From Candidatus Hodarchaeota archaeon (GTDB lineage Archaea; Asgardarchaeota; Lokiarchaeia; Sigyniarchaeales; SOKP01), in contig JBHLKM010000003.1 in the NCBI GenBank assembly GCA_048886685.1, forward strand, positions 1-64,000: a stretch of 64,000 bases of DNA, in the 5' to 3' direction. Both the position numbers and the translations under genes were made by a program. Below, piece by piece: positions 50,550-60,531 of this stretch. The notes under the pieces were generated by a model. It searched no databases and was not told the origin of the DNA. It saw nothing but the letters and a program-made list of their open reading frames with translations. Position 1 is the stretch's first letter; the number at the start of each line of letters is the position of its first letter.

Positions 50550-52148
50550 CTAGTTGATTTTGGTTTCAATGTGCTTCAGATCTACTTTTTTAAACTTTCT
50601 GTAGCTAATATAGAAGCTCAAATAAAACAAACTAGACCAAATTATCCATGACAACGCCTGAAATACATTGACATTCAAAATATAATTAATATAATCCTCT
50701 AATACATAAAATCCAAGATCATTTAAATCACCCGGAAAATCTATCATTTCTGGATTGAGATTAATCGAAATAACCTCGTGAGTATTGTTTTTTAGAGTCT
50801 TAAAAATATTAGAAGTTGTAAGGTTTGTTGGATCAGCTAACTTAAATTTCACAAAAGTGTTTAAATCTTCATTGGTATGAATATCTGAGCCACCCAAACA
50901 AGTAAGATTATTAGATAAACAATAATCTCTTATCTTTTGATATTTCTCACCATAGCATCCGCCATTAACTATTTCAAAACCATCGACACCCCAATCTCTT
51001 AACTGATCTAGAGAATATGGAACCCCATAACCTCCATTAGGATTTGGAGCATAATTGTAATGATTAATAATAATATAACCTCCATTTGCTTTCACATAGC
51101 TTATTGTATCTGAAGCATTCATAGCTATAGGTCCTCCAGGAGTATATGATTGTAGGGGTACAATCTCTTCTGTGATACCATAATAATTCATATGTATCTC
51201 ATTTGCATTGTCCGTCCATTCCTCTGCCATAAGAATTAAAAAATCTAACCCATGATCCTCAACATACCTTTGAGCCGATTTCGAACCTCTTAAATTGTCA
51301 TGGTCAGAAAAGGCAGCTCCTGAAATTCCCTGTTTTAAATACCATTTTATTCTTTCCTCTACGGTAATCCATCCATCAGAATAAGTTGTATGTACATGAA
51401 AATCAAACATGAATTCATCATCATCAAGAGGTACAATTGGAATTATTTTATGCTGGGGAAAGGGAGTAGAGATTAAGATAATATTAGAACTGAGTAGTAA
51501 GACTCCAATCCCCACAAATAACACGATTTCTCGCTTTATTCCCTCAGGGGGTGATTTTTTTCTGTAAAATGATCTCTTAGATATATTGAGAGATAAACTA
51601 GAATGGACTAATTTAATATACATATAAACTATTTTTATGAAGATGAGAACAATGCTAATGCGGACAGCTAATTGTACAGGCACCATAAAATATCTATTTA
51701 CAAAAAAGTAGCCTTGGATCATAAACCCTATAAGAATATATATTCCAACTAGTAATATAGCGACACTTAATATTTTAAAAGAAAAAGAAATGATATCCAC
51801 TATTAGGTTAGAAATTAGTCTAAATTTTTTTGACCTAAATAAACCTATTCTCTTTAAACATAAATAAATTCCTCTCAAAATTGGATAAAATATCAAAAAG
51901 AGGAACATCCATGTGAATTTATACTCTAAAACATAGCCTATTGCGTAAAAAGGTTCAACAACATACCTCAATAATGGAAGCTTACTTTTGTAATTCGAAG
52001 AAACATCAATCTCTCCAAGAGCATCATAGAAAATAACAGTTCTTCCTCCAATAATAGATAATCCTAAAAGAAAAACAAACCAAAAGAAGAAAGCAATAGA
52101 AATGATAGTAAAAAACTTATTCTTTTTAATTAATGATAGAAATTTCAT
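50550..52148 (-). CDS. Membrane-anchored PHP-domain metal-dependent phosphoesterase
   Basis: DFHVHTTYSDG, SDHD, EIH, NH, GSDIH; about five N-terminal TMs and one C-terminal TM. Confidence 0.82.
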   Translation of the reverse strand: MKFLSLIKKNKFFTIISIAFFFWFVFLLGLSIIGGRTVIFYDALGEIDVSSNYKSKLPLLRYVVEPFYAIGYVLEYKFTWMFLFLIFYPILRGIYLCLKRIGLFRSKKFRLISNLIVDIISFSFKILSVAILLVGIYILIGFMIQGYFFVNRYFMVPVQLAVRISIVLIFIKIVYMYIKLVHSSLSLNISKRSFYRKKSPPEGIKREIVLFVGIGVLLLSSNIILISTPFPQHKIIPIVPLDDDEFMFDFHVHTTYSDGWITVEERIKWYLKQGISGAAFSDHDNLRGSKSAQRYVEDHGLDFLILMAEEWTDNANEIHMNYYGITEEIVPLQSYTPGGPIAMNASDTISYVKANGGYIIINHYNYAPNPNGGYGVPYSLDQLRDWGVDGFEIVNGGCYGEKYQKIRDYCLSNNLTCLGGSDIHTNEDLNTFVKFKLADPTNLTTSNIFKTLKNNTHEVISINLNPEMIDFPGDLNDLGFYVLEDYINYILNVNVFQALSWIIWSSLFYLSFYISYRKFKKVDLKHIETKIN

Positions 52149-52203
52149 ATTAACTACTTATATTGAACTTCCATATAAATATTAAAAAAACCATTTTAGG
52201 ATT

Positions 52204-53388
52204 TTAAACTAATATATATTTATCCAACGTCTTTATACATTTCTTAAATTTTTGGTAAATTACTACATCTAGAATCGGTAGTGTGTCATATATCATTTTT
52301 CTTAAATCCTTATTGTTAATCTTGCAAGAAGGTTTTATTCCTTTCAAAACTAAATATAATATAGGCACTCGAGGATTAGTTAGATGAACATTTTTATCCA
52401 AATATTTTAATGAAGATTTTAATTTATCAATTATAAATAATTCAATATCATTCTTATTTCTGATTTCAAAATTCAAGTAAACTGTTTCCCAAATATATTT
52501 CCGGTTTATTAAACGAAGGTTTTTCACTTTTTTTACAAATTCTACCCCTTTATTTGTAATTTCCACTAAAAAAATTCCTCGTTTAAATGAATTATCCATA
52601 GAACATACTGCTTCTGAAGATCCTGGATTAAAAATCCAATTATTAAGTATAAATTGCTTGTGAAAATGTCCCAGTGCTAAATAATTGACTCGATGCTTTA
52701 AGTGTTGAATTTCCTCTAGTTTGATTCCAGGAACATTTTCCATTTGACCTTCAATTCCAAAGTGCTGTAAAAGAATATTATAGAAACCATTTTCTTTTGA
52801 GATTGCCTTTCTCATTTTTAAAAGAAAAGAAATTGGTTTTTCCCCAAGGTAACGAGAGCCATAAACAACCACATTTTTGATTTGGATCTTACCACCCTTT
52901 TTTGATGTAAAATTATAAGCTTTGAACATATCTTCGGTTGGTGCTTCTAAATCAGCATCGAGGAGAATAATCAGTCCTAAACTGTTTAATAGTTTTAACC
53001 ATGATTGCCCTCGTCGTTCGAATCTCACACCTCTTGAAAACTTTCGAATATCGTGATTACCCTCTATCGCTATAATTAAAATTGAGTTTTGCGTATAATC
53101 TTTGAAATCTCTCAACATATTAACAATTTTAGTTAATTTTCCAGGTAAGATTTCTAAGGAAGTAAACACATCCCCTCCTAATATAATAAAATCAACACAG
53201 TGGATAATTGCTAATTCTAATATCTCCTGAAATGCCCGAATAAAATCATCGGATCTATAATCATTTCGGAATTGAGCAGCACCAAGGTGTATATCACTTG
53301 CATGAATAAATTTTACATTATTTTGGGACTCTTCCTTAGAGACGAGTTTTGTACGGTATTTAGCATTAAAGCAATTCTCAATAGTCAT
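52204..53388 (-). CDS. Mre11/SbcD-like metallophosphoesterase nuclease
   Basis: HASDIHLG, GGDVF, EGNHD, LLQH, ALGHFH, NPGSSE. Confidence 0.88.
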   Translation of the reverse strand: MTIENCFNAKYRTKLVSKEESQNNVKFIHASDIHLGAAQFRNDYRSDDFIRAFQEILELAIIHCVDFIILGGDVFTSLEILPGKLTKIVNMLRDFKDYTQNSILIIAIEGNHDIRKFSRGVRFERRGQSWLKLLNSLGLIILLDADLEAPTEDMFKAYNFTSKKGGKIQIKNVVVYGSRYLGEKPISFLLKMRKAISKENGFYNILLQHFGIEGQMENVPGIKLEEIQHLKHRVNYLALGHFHKQFILNNWIFNPGSSEAVCSMDNSFKRGIFLVEITNKGVEFVKKVKNLRLINRKYIWETVYLNFEIRNKNDIELFIIDKLKSSLKYLDKNVHLTNPRVPILYLVLKGIKPSCKINNKDLRKMIYDTLPILDVVIYQKFKKCIKTLDKYILV

Positions 53389-53532
53389 AAATAATCCTAT
53401 AAATTTTCTTCGAGTAAATTATTATCAATACGATTAGCAGCCTTTTAAGTAATATAAGTCTAAAAAAGCAGTGAATAGAAAAAATTATTATTTCTTCTTG
53501 AATTATTTGACTTACTACACATATAATCTTAG

Positions 53533-54111
53533 GTGAAAATGGAGTCTAAAGAACTAAACTACGAAATAGGTGTGATCCATGGACGTTTCCAAGTGTTGCA
53601 TAATGATCACATTAAGTATTTAATGGCAGGTAAAAAATTATGTAAATATATGATAGTTGGTATTACAAATCCTGATCCATCATTAACAAGAGATTCTGAT
53701 GCCAATCCCCATCGAAGCACTCCTCTTGCAAATCCATTAACATATTATGAACGCTATATAATGACACAGGCAGCTCTCCTTGAACAAGGGCTAAGCCTTA
53801 CAGAATTCTCTATTGTACCATTTCCTATAAACGTGCCAGATCTCATAAAGTATTATGTACCCTTAGACGCTATCTTCTTTCTAACAATATATGATAAGTG
53901 GGGTAAGCAAAAGAAAAAATATTTTCAATCTCTAGGATTAAAGATTCATGTACTCTGGGAAGTTCCTATAGAACAAAAGGGACTCAGCTCAAGTGATATA
54001 CGTGATTTAATGAGGAAAAGTGAAAAATGGGAGCACCTTGTGCCTATTAGTGTTGCAAAACTTATGAAGCAATGGAATATTGCTAAAAGACTAAAAGAAA
54101 TAAGTTCTTAA
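53533..54111 (+). CDS. Nicotinamide/nicotinate mononucleotide adenylyltransferase-like nucleotidyltransferase
   Basis: HGRFQVLHNDH (HxGH-type), NPLTYYER, SSSDIR, WEHLVP. Confidence 0.82.
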   Translation: MKMESKELNYEIGVIHGRFQVLHNDHIKYLMAGKKLCKYMIVGITNPDPSLTRDSDANPHRSTPLANPLTYYERYIMTQAALLEQGLSLTEFSIVPFPINVPDLIKYYVPLDAIFFLTIYDKWGKQKKKYFQSLGLKIHVLWEVPIEQKGLSSSDIRDLMRKSEKWEHLVPISVAKLMKQWNIAKRLKEISS

Positions 54112-54245
54112 TTATATTTTTTCATTTAGTTGAGTCTATTTATTAACAAAATCGGAATATTAAACCATTTAAATACGATTTTCAATAATTTTTAATATGA
54201 CTTCAACCATATAAGAATTAATTATTCTGTTTTTGGTGGGATAAA

Positions 54246-54974
54246 ATCATTTTATTTGAAAGTGATATAGGGAGAAAATTTATCGTCTACTTCCAAGGAT
54301 TTTTCATCTTTTATTTCTCCTTAATAACTTTTCAAGTATTAAAAAGAAGGAGGCAACGATTAAATATTATTTTTAGTGCTTTTTTTATATCCTCAACTAT
54401 GGCTAGTGTTTTAAATATAATTTACGCATCGTTAACTGAGCCATCAATTATTTTAATCCTTAATTATTTTACTAATTTTTGTATATGTTTCGCAGGAATA
54501 TTTGTTCTTGTAGTAAATTTGGTAATATTAGAATCAACAATAATTTTCTCTGTAAAAAAACAAAATAGAACCATTGTATTATATGGCCTCTTATTATTAA
54601 TCGGAATGCTACCATTTTACCTTTTGGAAGAGGGTTGGGGTGTCTGGATTGATAATAAATATAATTATCCTAGATTTTCTCCACTTTTTCTTGTTTTTAT
54701 AATTGGGTTCTCAGCTAGTTTTGCAGTTATTCCAATAATTTATACGTTTTTAAAAATTTACAAGAGTTTTGAAACGAAGGCATTGAAAAAGAAATGGGCT
54801 TTCTTTTTTGTCGGCTCCTTAGGGGCATTTAGTATACCATATACAATTTGGATTAATAATTATTATTCATTTTATAATGAAAATTTTAGACTGATCGTGG
54901 GCATTTATGCAATTTCAATGATTCTCTGGGGTTATTTGATGTATTATGGTATTGGTTTTAAGTTAAAGCGATAA
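54246..54974 (+). CDS. Stand-alone ~7-TM membrane protein (HisKA_7TM-like); start probably upstream of ATG 54399
   Basis: Frame is open from 54222; upstream codons read IILFESDIGRKFIVYFQGFFIFYFSLITFQVLKRRRQRLNIIFSAFFISST, adding one TM and the first half of a second. GGTGGGA SD-like site precedes ATC 54246. Confidence 0.7.
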   Translation: MILFESDIGRKFIVYFQGFFIFYFSLITFQVLKRRRQRLNIIFSAFFISSTMASVLNIIYASLTEPSIILILNYFTNFCICFAGIFVLVVNLVILESTIIFSVKKQNRTIVLYGLLLLIGMLPFYLLEEGWGVWIDNKYNYPRFSPLFLVFIIGFSASFAVIPIIYTFLKIYKSFETKALKKKWAFFFVGSLGAFSIPYTIWINNYYSFYNENFRLIVGIYAISMILWGYLMYYGIGFKLKR

Positions 54975-55168
54975 ATATCTCTACCAAATCTCTTTTTTTC
55001 TAAAAAAAAATGATTAGACGTCGTGTAACATCTAATTTCGCAATAATTTTGATAGTGTTTGTTTGCTTTATTTTCATCTTTTTCACGTGAAAATTTAGAA
55101 AATTTTATAAAGCCTTCTAGAGACTATTAATTAACCTTTTACAAAATGATCAAGGTGAGGAGATTAGG

Positions 55169-56272
55169 TTGGCAGTCATTAGTAAAAAAAATTTAATTCT
55201 CCAAGAAGAGGATATTTATTTTCAAAAATTTGTGTCTAAAAATGGAGATGAATATGGCCTAAGATTTGGAGTACCTAAAGATGCCAAAAACATTTCGATG
55301 ATATTCAAAGAAATATATGGATATAACTATCTTACTCCTTTAGTATATGATCTTGATCTTTTAAGAAGAGAATTATTAGATAAAAATAATTTTTGGTTTG
55401 TAGGCGAATCGCTAAACAACAATGAAATAGCAGGTACAGGCTTAATAAAGAAAAATAGATATATTGCACATGCAACCAAAGCGGTAACTAGAAAAAAATT
55501 TCAAGGTCTGGGAGTTACATCAAAAATAGGAGCGGCGGGCATTATTACAGTTACAAAAATGCCCCAGTTTAAAGATTGTTTAAGACTTAACATAGAAGTT
55601 CGAGGACCTCAAATCAGAGCCCAAAAACTTATTAAAAATGCTGGAGCAATCCCATTTGGTTTAGTCCCTGCTTACTATAACTATGGAGATAAGAGGGCTT
55701 TTAAAACTGAAAATAATACACCGTTTCCTCCAAATAGAGAAGAAGCGGCATTTCTTTATTCTTTAATCTTTAATACTCTGTGGAAAAAAAGAGATAAAGA
55801 AATATATCTTATAGATAATGAAGATTTCATCTTTTTTCATGATTATGTTAAAAGTCAAACTAGAAAGATGAATCAAGATGTCCTGACGTTTGAAAGAGGT
55901 AAAAAAGATAAAGGTTTTGAACTTTATGCCGTTTCAAAAGAATATCATGATGGAATTGTGAGTCTATACGGATCTGTTAAAGAAAAGTCTTTAAAGAACC
56001 TTATTAAGGTGTATAAAAATTGGAGGATTATTTTATGGCGAATCCCAACAACTCGAAATGGCGTACACTCAATGGCTCTTGCCCTCGAAAAAGGATTTAA
56101 TATGGTTGGATACGATGTAGGATTCAATAGTATGAGTCAGACGTTAAACGATTCTATAATATTAGCATACTATCCGAAAGGGGGGTCTAGCGCTTTTGAA
56201 GTAAACTATCTTGAGGAAAATAAACCACTTTTTAATAAAATTAGAGAAATATTTTACTCTCGGTTAAACTAA
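55169..56272 (+). CDS. GNAT-fold acetyltransferase-like protein
   Basis: RKKFQGLGV acetyl-CoA motif A; GGTGAGGAG SD. Confidence 0.65.
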   Translation: MAVISKKNLILQEEDIYFQKFVSKNGDEYGLRFGVPKDAKNISMIFKEIYGYNYLTPLVYDLDLLRRELLDKNNFWFVGESLNNNEIAGTGLIKKNRYIAHATKAVTRKKFQGLGVTSKIGAAGIITVTKMPQFKDCLRLNIEVRGPQIRAQKLIKNAGAIPFGLVPAYYNYGDKRAFKTENNTPFPPNREEAAFLYSLIFNTLWKKRDKEIYLIDNEDFIFFHDYVKSQTRKMNQDVLTFERGKKDKGFELYAVSKEYHDGIVSLYGSVKEKSLKNLIKVYKNWRIILWRIPTTRNGVHSMALALEKGFNMVGYDVGFNSMSQTLNDSIILAYYPKGGSSAFEVNYLEENKPLFNKIREIFYSRLN

Positions 56273-56441
56273 TTAAGCACTTCTTTACTCATTATTTTAT
56301 ACATTAATATTATTGGAGTAAAGAATCTTTTAAGCAATTTATTTCTTTATCCATCTAATTCTGTAATAGTTATCTATCTCATTTTCAATAATTAATTCTC
56401 CTTGGGTCGTTATAATAATAGAGAATATCTTATATTATAGG

Positions 56442-56500
56442 ATAGGGACTAAGAGTCCCTATTGATTCTGGAATTACGTCTCCTCTATAAACAATTCCAG
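56442..56500. terminator. Two tandem hairpins between convergent genes
   Basis: ATAGGGACT-AAG-AGTCCCTAT (56442-56462) and CTGGAATT-17 nt-AATTCCAG (56468-56500). Confidence 0.45.
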
Positions 56501-56521
56501 TTATGTGACCATCTTTTATTA

Positions 56522-56977
56522 TTATTGAAGCAAAGAAATTACCTTTTCTTCTAAAGTTTGAGTGCCTGTTCCGAAGATTTTATCTATCGTCTTTTTAAAT
56601 GGTTCAAATTTGGAAACTTGAGTTACTTTACACCCATTATATTCTGAAATAAATTTATTAAGCAATCTATCCAATAAAGGTTTTATCGTTCTATCTAGAT
56701 ATTTTTCGAGTCGATCATCTTTATCTAATACCAAGAATGAGAGTATTTCCTGATTTTTCCCATAAAAATCTTGTATTATTCCTTTCTTAAAAACTATGGT
56801 ATATTTGCTACTTTCAAAGTACTCTATAGGTTGCATTAAGCATTCGGCAAATGTCAATAATCCACTCATTAAACCGCTTGAACATATTAAATCTGTATCT
56901 TCTTTACTCGCTCTATGATAACTAGCAAATATAACGGGAATTCCATTGAAGATAATACCGGCTTCTCGAATTAGCAT
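56522..56977 (-). CDS. Longin-like domain protein (paralogue 1)
   Basis: Beta-beta-alpha-beta-beta-beta-alpha-alpha pattern: IREAGII..GIPVI, SGLMSGLLTFAE, IEYFESSKYTIVF, FLVLD, LL.KF...Y, FEPFKKTIDKI. Confidence 0.72.
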   Translation of the reverse strand: MLIREAGIIFNGIPVIFASYHRASKEDTDLICSSGLMSGLLTFAECLMQPIEYFESSKYTIVFKKGIIQDFYGKNQEILSFLVLDKDDRLEKYLDRTIKPLLDRLLNKFISEYNGCKVTQVSKFEPFKKTIDKIFGTGTQTLEEKVISLLQ

Positions 56978-57458
56978 ATTAAGTCCAATAAGGGTTTAAA
57001 CCAAATCACTTAAAATTAATTTCCGAATTAAATGTACTTGTTAAGGATCGATACCAACCTTTTTAAATATTACCCCCTTAATAATATTCCGTATCGACAG
57101 AACAATAAATTTGGATAAGCTCGTAGATTTGTCGTTTCATTCAATCTATTTTATAAAGCCGTTTGAAACTTTTTTTTAAACCTTTATATATTGTCTGAAC
57201 ATTTAACCATATATAATTTAAGAATGTATGAACTAATTTTTTGCAAAAAGCAAGAATTTTGAAAGAATGTTATAGTATTCTGATTTTACTATTTTTACAA
57301 ATAATACACACAATATAAAAGACACAATCAGAATTAATATCAATAATGAATGATTATAATCATCATTATCTAAAGTATATTCAATCAATTATTATGATTT
57401 TTCTCAAAATCCTTCGGGCTATAAAAGATTTTTGGATTAATTATATGTAAACTTTCCA

Positions 57459-57914
57459 CTATTTAAGTAAAGAAGTTACCTTTTCTTCTAGAGTTTGGGT
57501 ATCTGTTCCGAAGATTTTATCTATAGTCTTTTTAAATGGCTCAAATTTGGCAACTTCAGTTACTTTACATCCAGTATATTGTGAAATGAATCTTTTAAGC
57601 AATTTATCTAAGATTGGCTTGATTGTCTTGTCCAAGTATTTTTCAAGTCGATCATCTCTATCCAATACTAAAAAAGAGAGAATTTCTCGGTTTTTCCCGT
57701 AAAAATCTTGCATCATTCCTTTCTTAAAAATTATCGTATATTTACTGCTTTCAAAATATTCTATGGGCTGCATTAAGCATTCGGCAAATGTCAGAATTCC
57801 AGTCATTAAACCGCTTGAACATATTAAATCTGTATCTTCCTTACTCGCTCTATGATAACTAGCAAATATAACAGGAATTCCATTGAAGATGATACCCGCT
57901 TCTCGAATTAACAT
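57459..57914 (-). CDS. Longin-like domain protein (paralogue 2)
   Basis: 132/151 residues identical to 56522-56977 by manual alignment. Confidence 0.72.
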   Translation of the reverse strand: MLIREAGIIFNGIPVIFASYHRASKEDTDLICSSGLMTGILTFAECLMQPIEYFESSKYTIIFKKGMMQDFYGKNREILSFLVLDRDDRLEKYLDKTIKPILDKLLKRFISQYTGCKVTEVAKFEPFKKTIDKIFGTDTQTLEEKVTSLLK

Positions 57915-58119
57915 GTTAACTCCAATAAAGGTTTAAACCAAATCACGTTAAATATATATTCTTTATTACTGCTCTCTATACACATCAAAATTCACACTTT
58001 TAAATATTAGCCTATTAATAATACTGACAATGTGACAATTCAAATTAATTATGTCGAATTTATGTCGGTACCAGTATCTAGATGCAATATTCGTAGCTTA
58101 TTTAAAATAGAAAAAAAAA

Positions 58120-58362
58120 TTAAACTAAGAAAAACCATTCTTTTTGTTTTAAATCATCTTTTAATTCATTGGTTTCATGTAATTGCACCGTCGTGGATTT
58201 AAATAAATCCTCTAAAGCTTTTAAATCATAATTTAGACTAATGATATTGTTAAGGTTTGTTTTATACTGATTATCTAAGAGAATTATTTTGGAAAATAAA
58301 TCTAGATTAATTATTTTAATGTGTTCAGGGTGTTTAATACCTTTGTAAAAATTGACTTTCAT
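58120..58362 (-). CDS. Hypothetical protein
   Basis: 80-aa ORF filling a gap in a co-oriented run; no motif recognised. Confidence 0.35.
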   Translation of the reverse strand: MKVNFYKGIKHPEHIKIINLDLFSKIILLDNQYKTNLNNIISLNYDLKALEDLFKSTTVQLHETNELKDDLKQKEWFFLV

Positions 58363-58517
58363 GTGGGAAATTACTTTAAAAGCGGATAATACCTACAAAA
58401 TATATTGTATTAAGTCTTAATAAAGATTCAAAAAAAATCCGTAGATTAATTAAAATGAATTTGTTTTTTGGATAAATTAACAAATAAAAAAAAGTAAAGT
58501 ATAGAAAAGTTAGAAGT

Positions 58518-59957
58518 CTATTTCTTTTTTCTTTTTGGTTCAATTTTCTTGATAATTATGCTCTCAGCATGGATTTTACAGTTCTTAAGGATTACTTTGA
58601 ATCCACCAGCGCCACCTACTCCAGGAATTGTCATACCAACAGTCCCCATTGGAACCATAGCACCTTCTTCTTCCCATTCTTCCTCTTCCTCTTCGACTCC
58701 TCCTATCGCAGCTTTGTATTCTTCAGTTTCTATAATCGGATGCTGAACTTTTTCTAACCATGCTGGTAATTCACTTAAATCGGCTACATCTTCTTCAGTT
58801 GCAATTTTATCCCTTATATCTTCTGGAAGAAGATCATTCACTCTATCTTTTACAGTTTTTCCCATCCATACGATTGTGTAAATCCCACCATCCAATCCAG
58901 AATTTATTCCATCAAATTTTTGATATTTAGGCGATACAATGTATTGTATGCTTATGCCATTAAAACCGGGCATTTGTTTTCCTCCCCCCGTCTGATTGGC
59001 CATTGCACTAAACGGTAATCCATTAATAGCAACTCCGTCATGATTTCGATCAATTATTCCATGACCTGCACCTGTTTCGGGAATTAAAAAGTCTATTGCT
59101 TCAAAGCAACCACAAGAGGTATGAGGATATTCCATTCCACTATAAAGATAAATTCTTTCGATTTCTCCAAGTGAGCGCTTTTTTATCATTTCATTAACTC
59201 CTGAAAATTCACCAGCTAATTCATTTAAACATTCACCCATAGGAACTTCGAATAGAGGGCCCTTTGGGTCAACTCTAGCTGCCGCTCTCGCGTCAAACCA
59301 TGAAATCGAACCACATAAACTCATACGATTAGGAGTAATACAACATGCATGCGTTGGAGCAAAAGATTGGCATAGAACGCAACCATAAAACATATCGACA
59401 TCTTCATCATTTATACTACGAGCTCTTTCATCTCTTTTATTGTATATTTCTAAGGCGAAATCATATGGTTCCTTTATTTTTTCGGGATCTGTATAGAAAG
59501 TTACCTGTGCTTTTTTAATAATTGGTAATTCGGCTTTATATAGTCTTATTAAGATGGTTCCAAGCATTTGGAGTGAATTAAATCCTTTTTCAAAAGCAGC
59601 TTTAGAAATACGCATCCAATTTGTATATCTTTGGTTTAGATGCATAATTCCGTTTACAAAATTACAAAATTCGTGAACCCTTCTTTCGAATACTGCTTCC
59701 AAATCTTCCTCAAGTTCAGGTCCAGAAACTTCTACTAAAATTCCGACTGGATAGCTTTTACCTTCCTCCATATCTTTAAGATCTGGGCCAATAAGGTTAA
59801 CCTTTCCATCTTCAATTTCTTTCGCTGTTTTAACTCGAACTAACTCGAAATGCTTCTCAATTTTAGGACCCCCAAGTTCCACATACATTTGATTTCCTCT
59901 AATACGTTCACCTTCGTAGACAGGACCAACATCTACAGGCATATCTGCAAAACTCAT
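58518..59957 (-). CDS. cdhC: CO dehydrogenase/acetyl-CoA synthase complex beta subunit
   Basis: GPVYEGERIR, ERRVH, CVLCQSFAPTH, CG, PHTSCGCFE A-cluster ligands, acidic linker and C-terminal ILKN.KI..E.III motif. Confidence 0.95.
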   Translation of the reverse strand: MSFADMPVDVGPVYEGERIRGNQMYVELGGPKIEKHFELVRVKTAKEIEDGKVNLIGPDLKDMEEGKSYPVGILVEVSGPELEEDLEAVFERRVHEFCNFVNGIMHLNQRYTNWMRISKAAFEKGFNSLQMLGTILIRLYKAELPIIKKAQVTFYTDPEKIKEPYDFALEIYNKRDERARSINDEDVDMFYGCVLCQSFAPTHACCITPNRMSLCGSISWFDARAAARVDPKGPLFEVPMGECLNELAGEFSGVNEMIKKRSLGEIERIYLYSGMEYPHTSCGCFEAIDFLIPETGAGHGIIDRNHDGVAINGLPFSAMANQTGGGKQMPGFNGISIQYIVSPKYQKFDGINSGLDGGIYTIVWMGKTVKDRVNDLLPEDIRDKIATEEDVADLSELPAWLEKVQHPIIETEEYKAAIGGVEEEEEEWEEEGAMVPMGTVGMTIPGVGGAGGFKVILKNCKIHAESIIIKKIEPKRKKK

Positions 59958-60000
59958 TTCATAAATCTCCTATTTGCTTTTTTTTTTAATATTTTTTGTT

Positions 60001-60531
60001 TTATAGCTTTTCAATTAAACTTTCCAAAAATACTTTCCAATCATTATCGCTTAGATTAGGTAAGCTAAATCTGGCGTTAGGGTGTGCATATTTGTCTAAA
60101 TCAATAGTTTTAACCCAGTTCGTAAAGTTTTTGATGCGAGATAATGCTTGAGAGACATAAAATACTAGGTGACCACTGAATATGGCCATTGAATATTGTC
60201 CCTCTCCATCCAATCCACTCCAATCTTTATCACATAAGCGATCGGTGATATTAATTAGTGACATATCATACAATCTACCATCACTGATTTTATCCTTCAC
60301 ATAGCTATATGCATGACCAGTACTGACTACATGGCATTCAATTTTATTTGCGATATCTATTAAATAATCCGCTAGTTTTTTACCATCAAGCTCCCAATTT
60401 AAAGATTCTGCCCCAATGACAAAAACCTTTTTCATTGGATTTTTCAGAAAATTCGCCATTACAACAGGATTTGAAACAGAAGTGCCCATTTCAGGGCCTG
60501 GAATGTTTGCTTTTTGATACGGACGTGCCAT
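60001..60531 (-). CDS. cdhB: CO dehydrogenase/acetyl-CoA synthase complex epsilon subunit
   Basis: ANIPGP, W.GLDGEGQY, YVSQALS.IKNF, LDKYAHPNA.FS.PNL; adjacent to cdhC. Confidence 0.9.
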   Translation of the reverse strand: MARPYQKANIPGPEMGTSVSNPVVMANFLKNPMKKVFVIGAESLNWELDGKKLADYLIDIANKIECHVVSTGHAYSYVKDKISDGRLYDMSLINITDRLCDKDWSGLDGEGQYSMAIFSGHLVFYVSQALSRIKNFTNWVKTIDLDKYAHPNARFSLPNLSDNDWKVFLESLIEKL

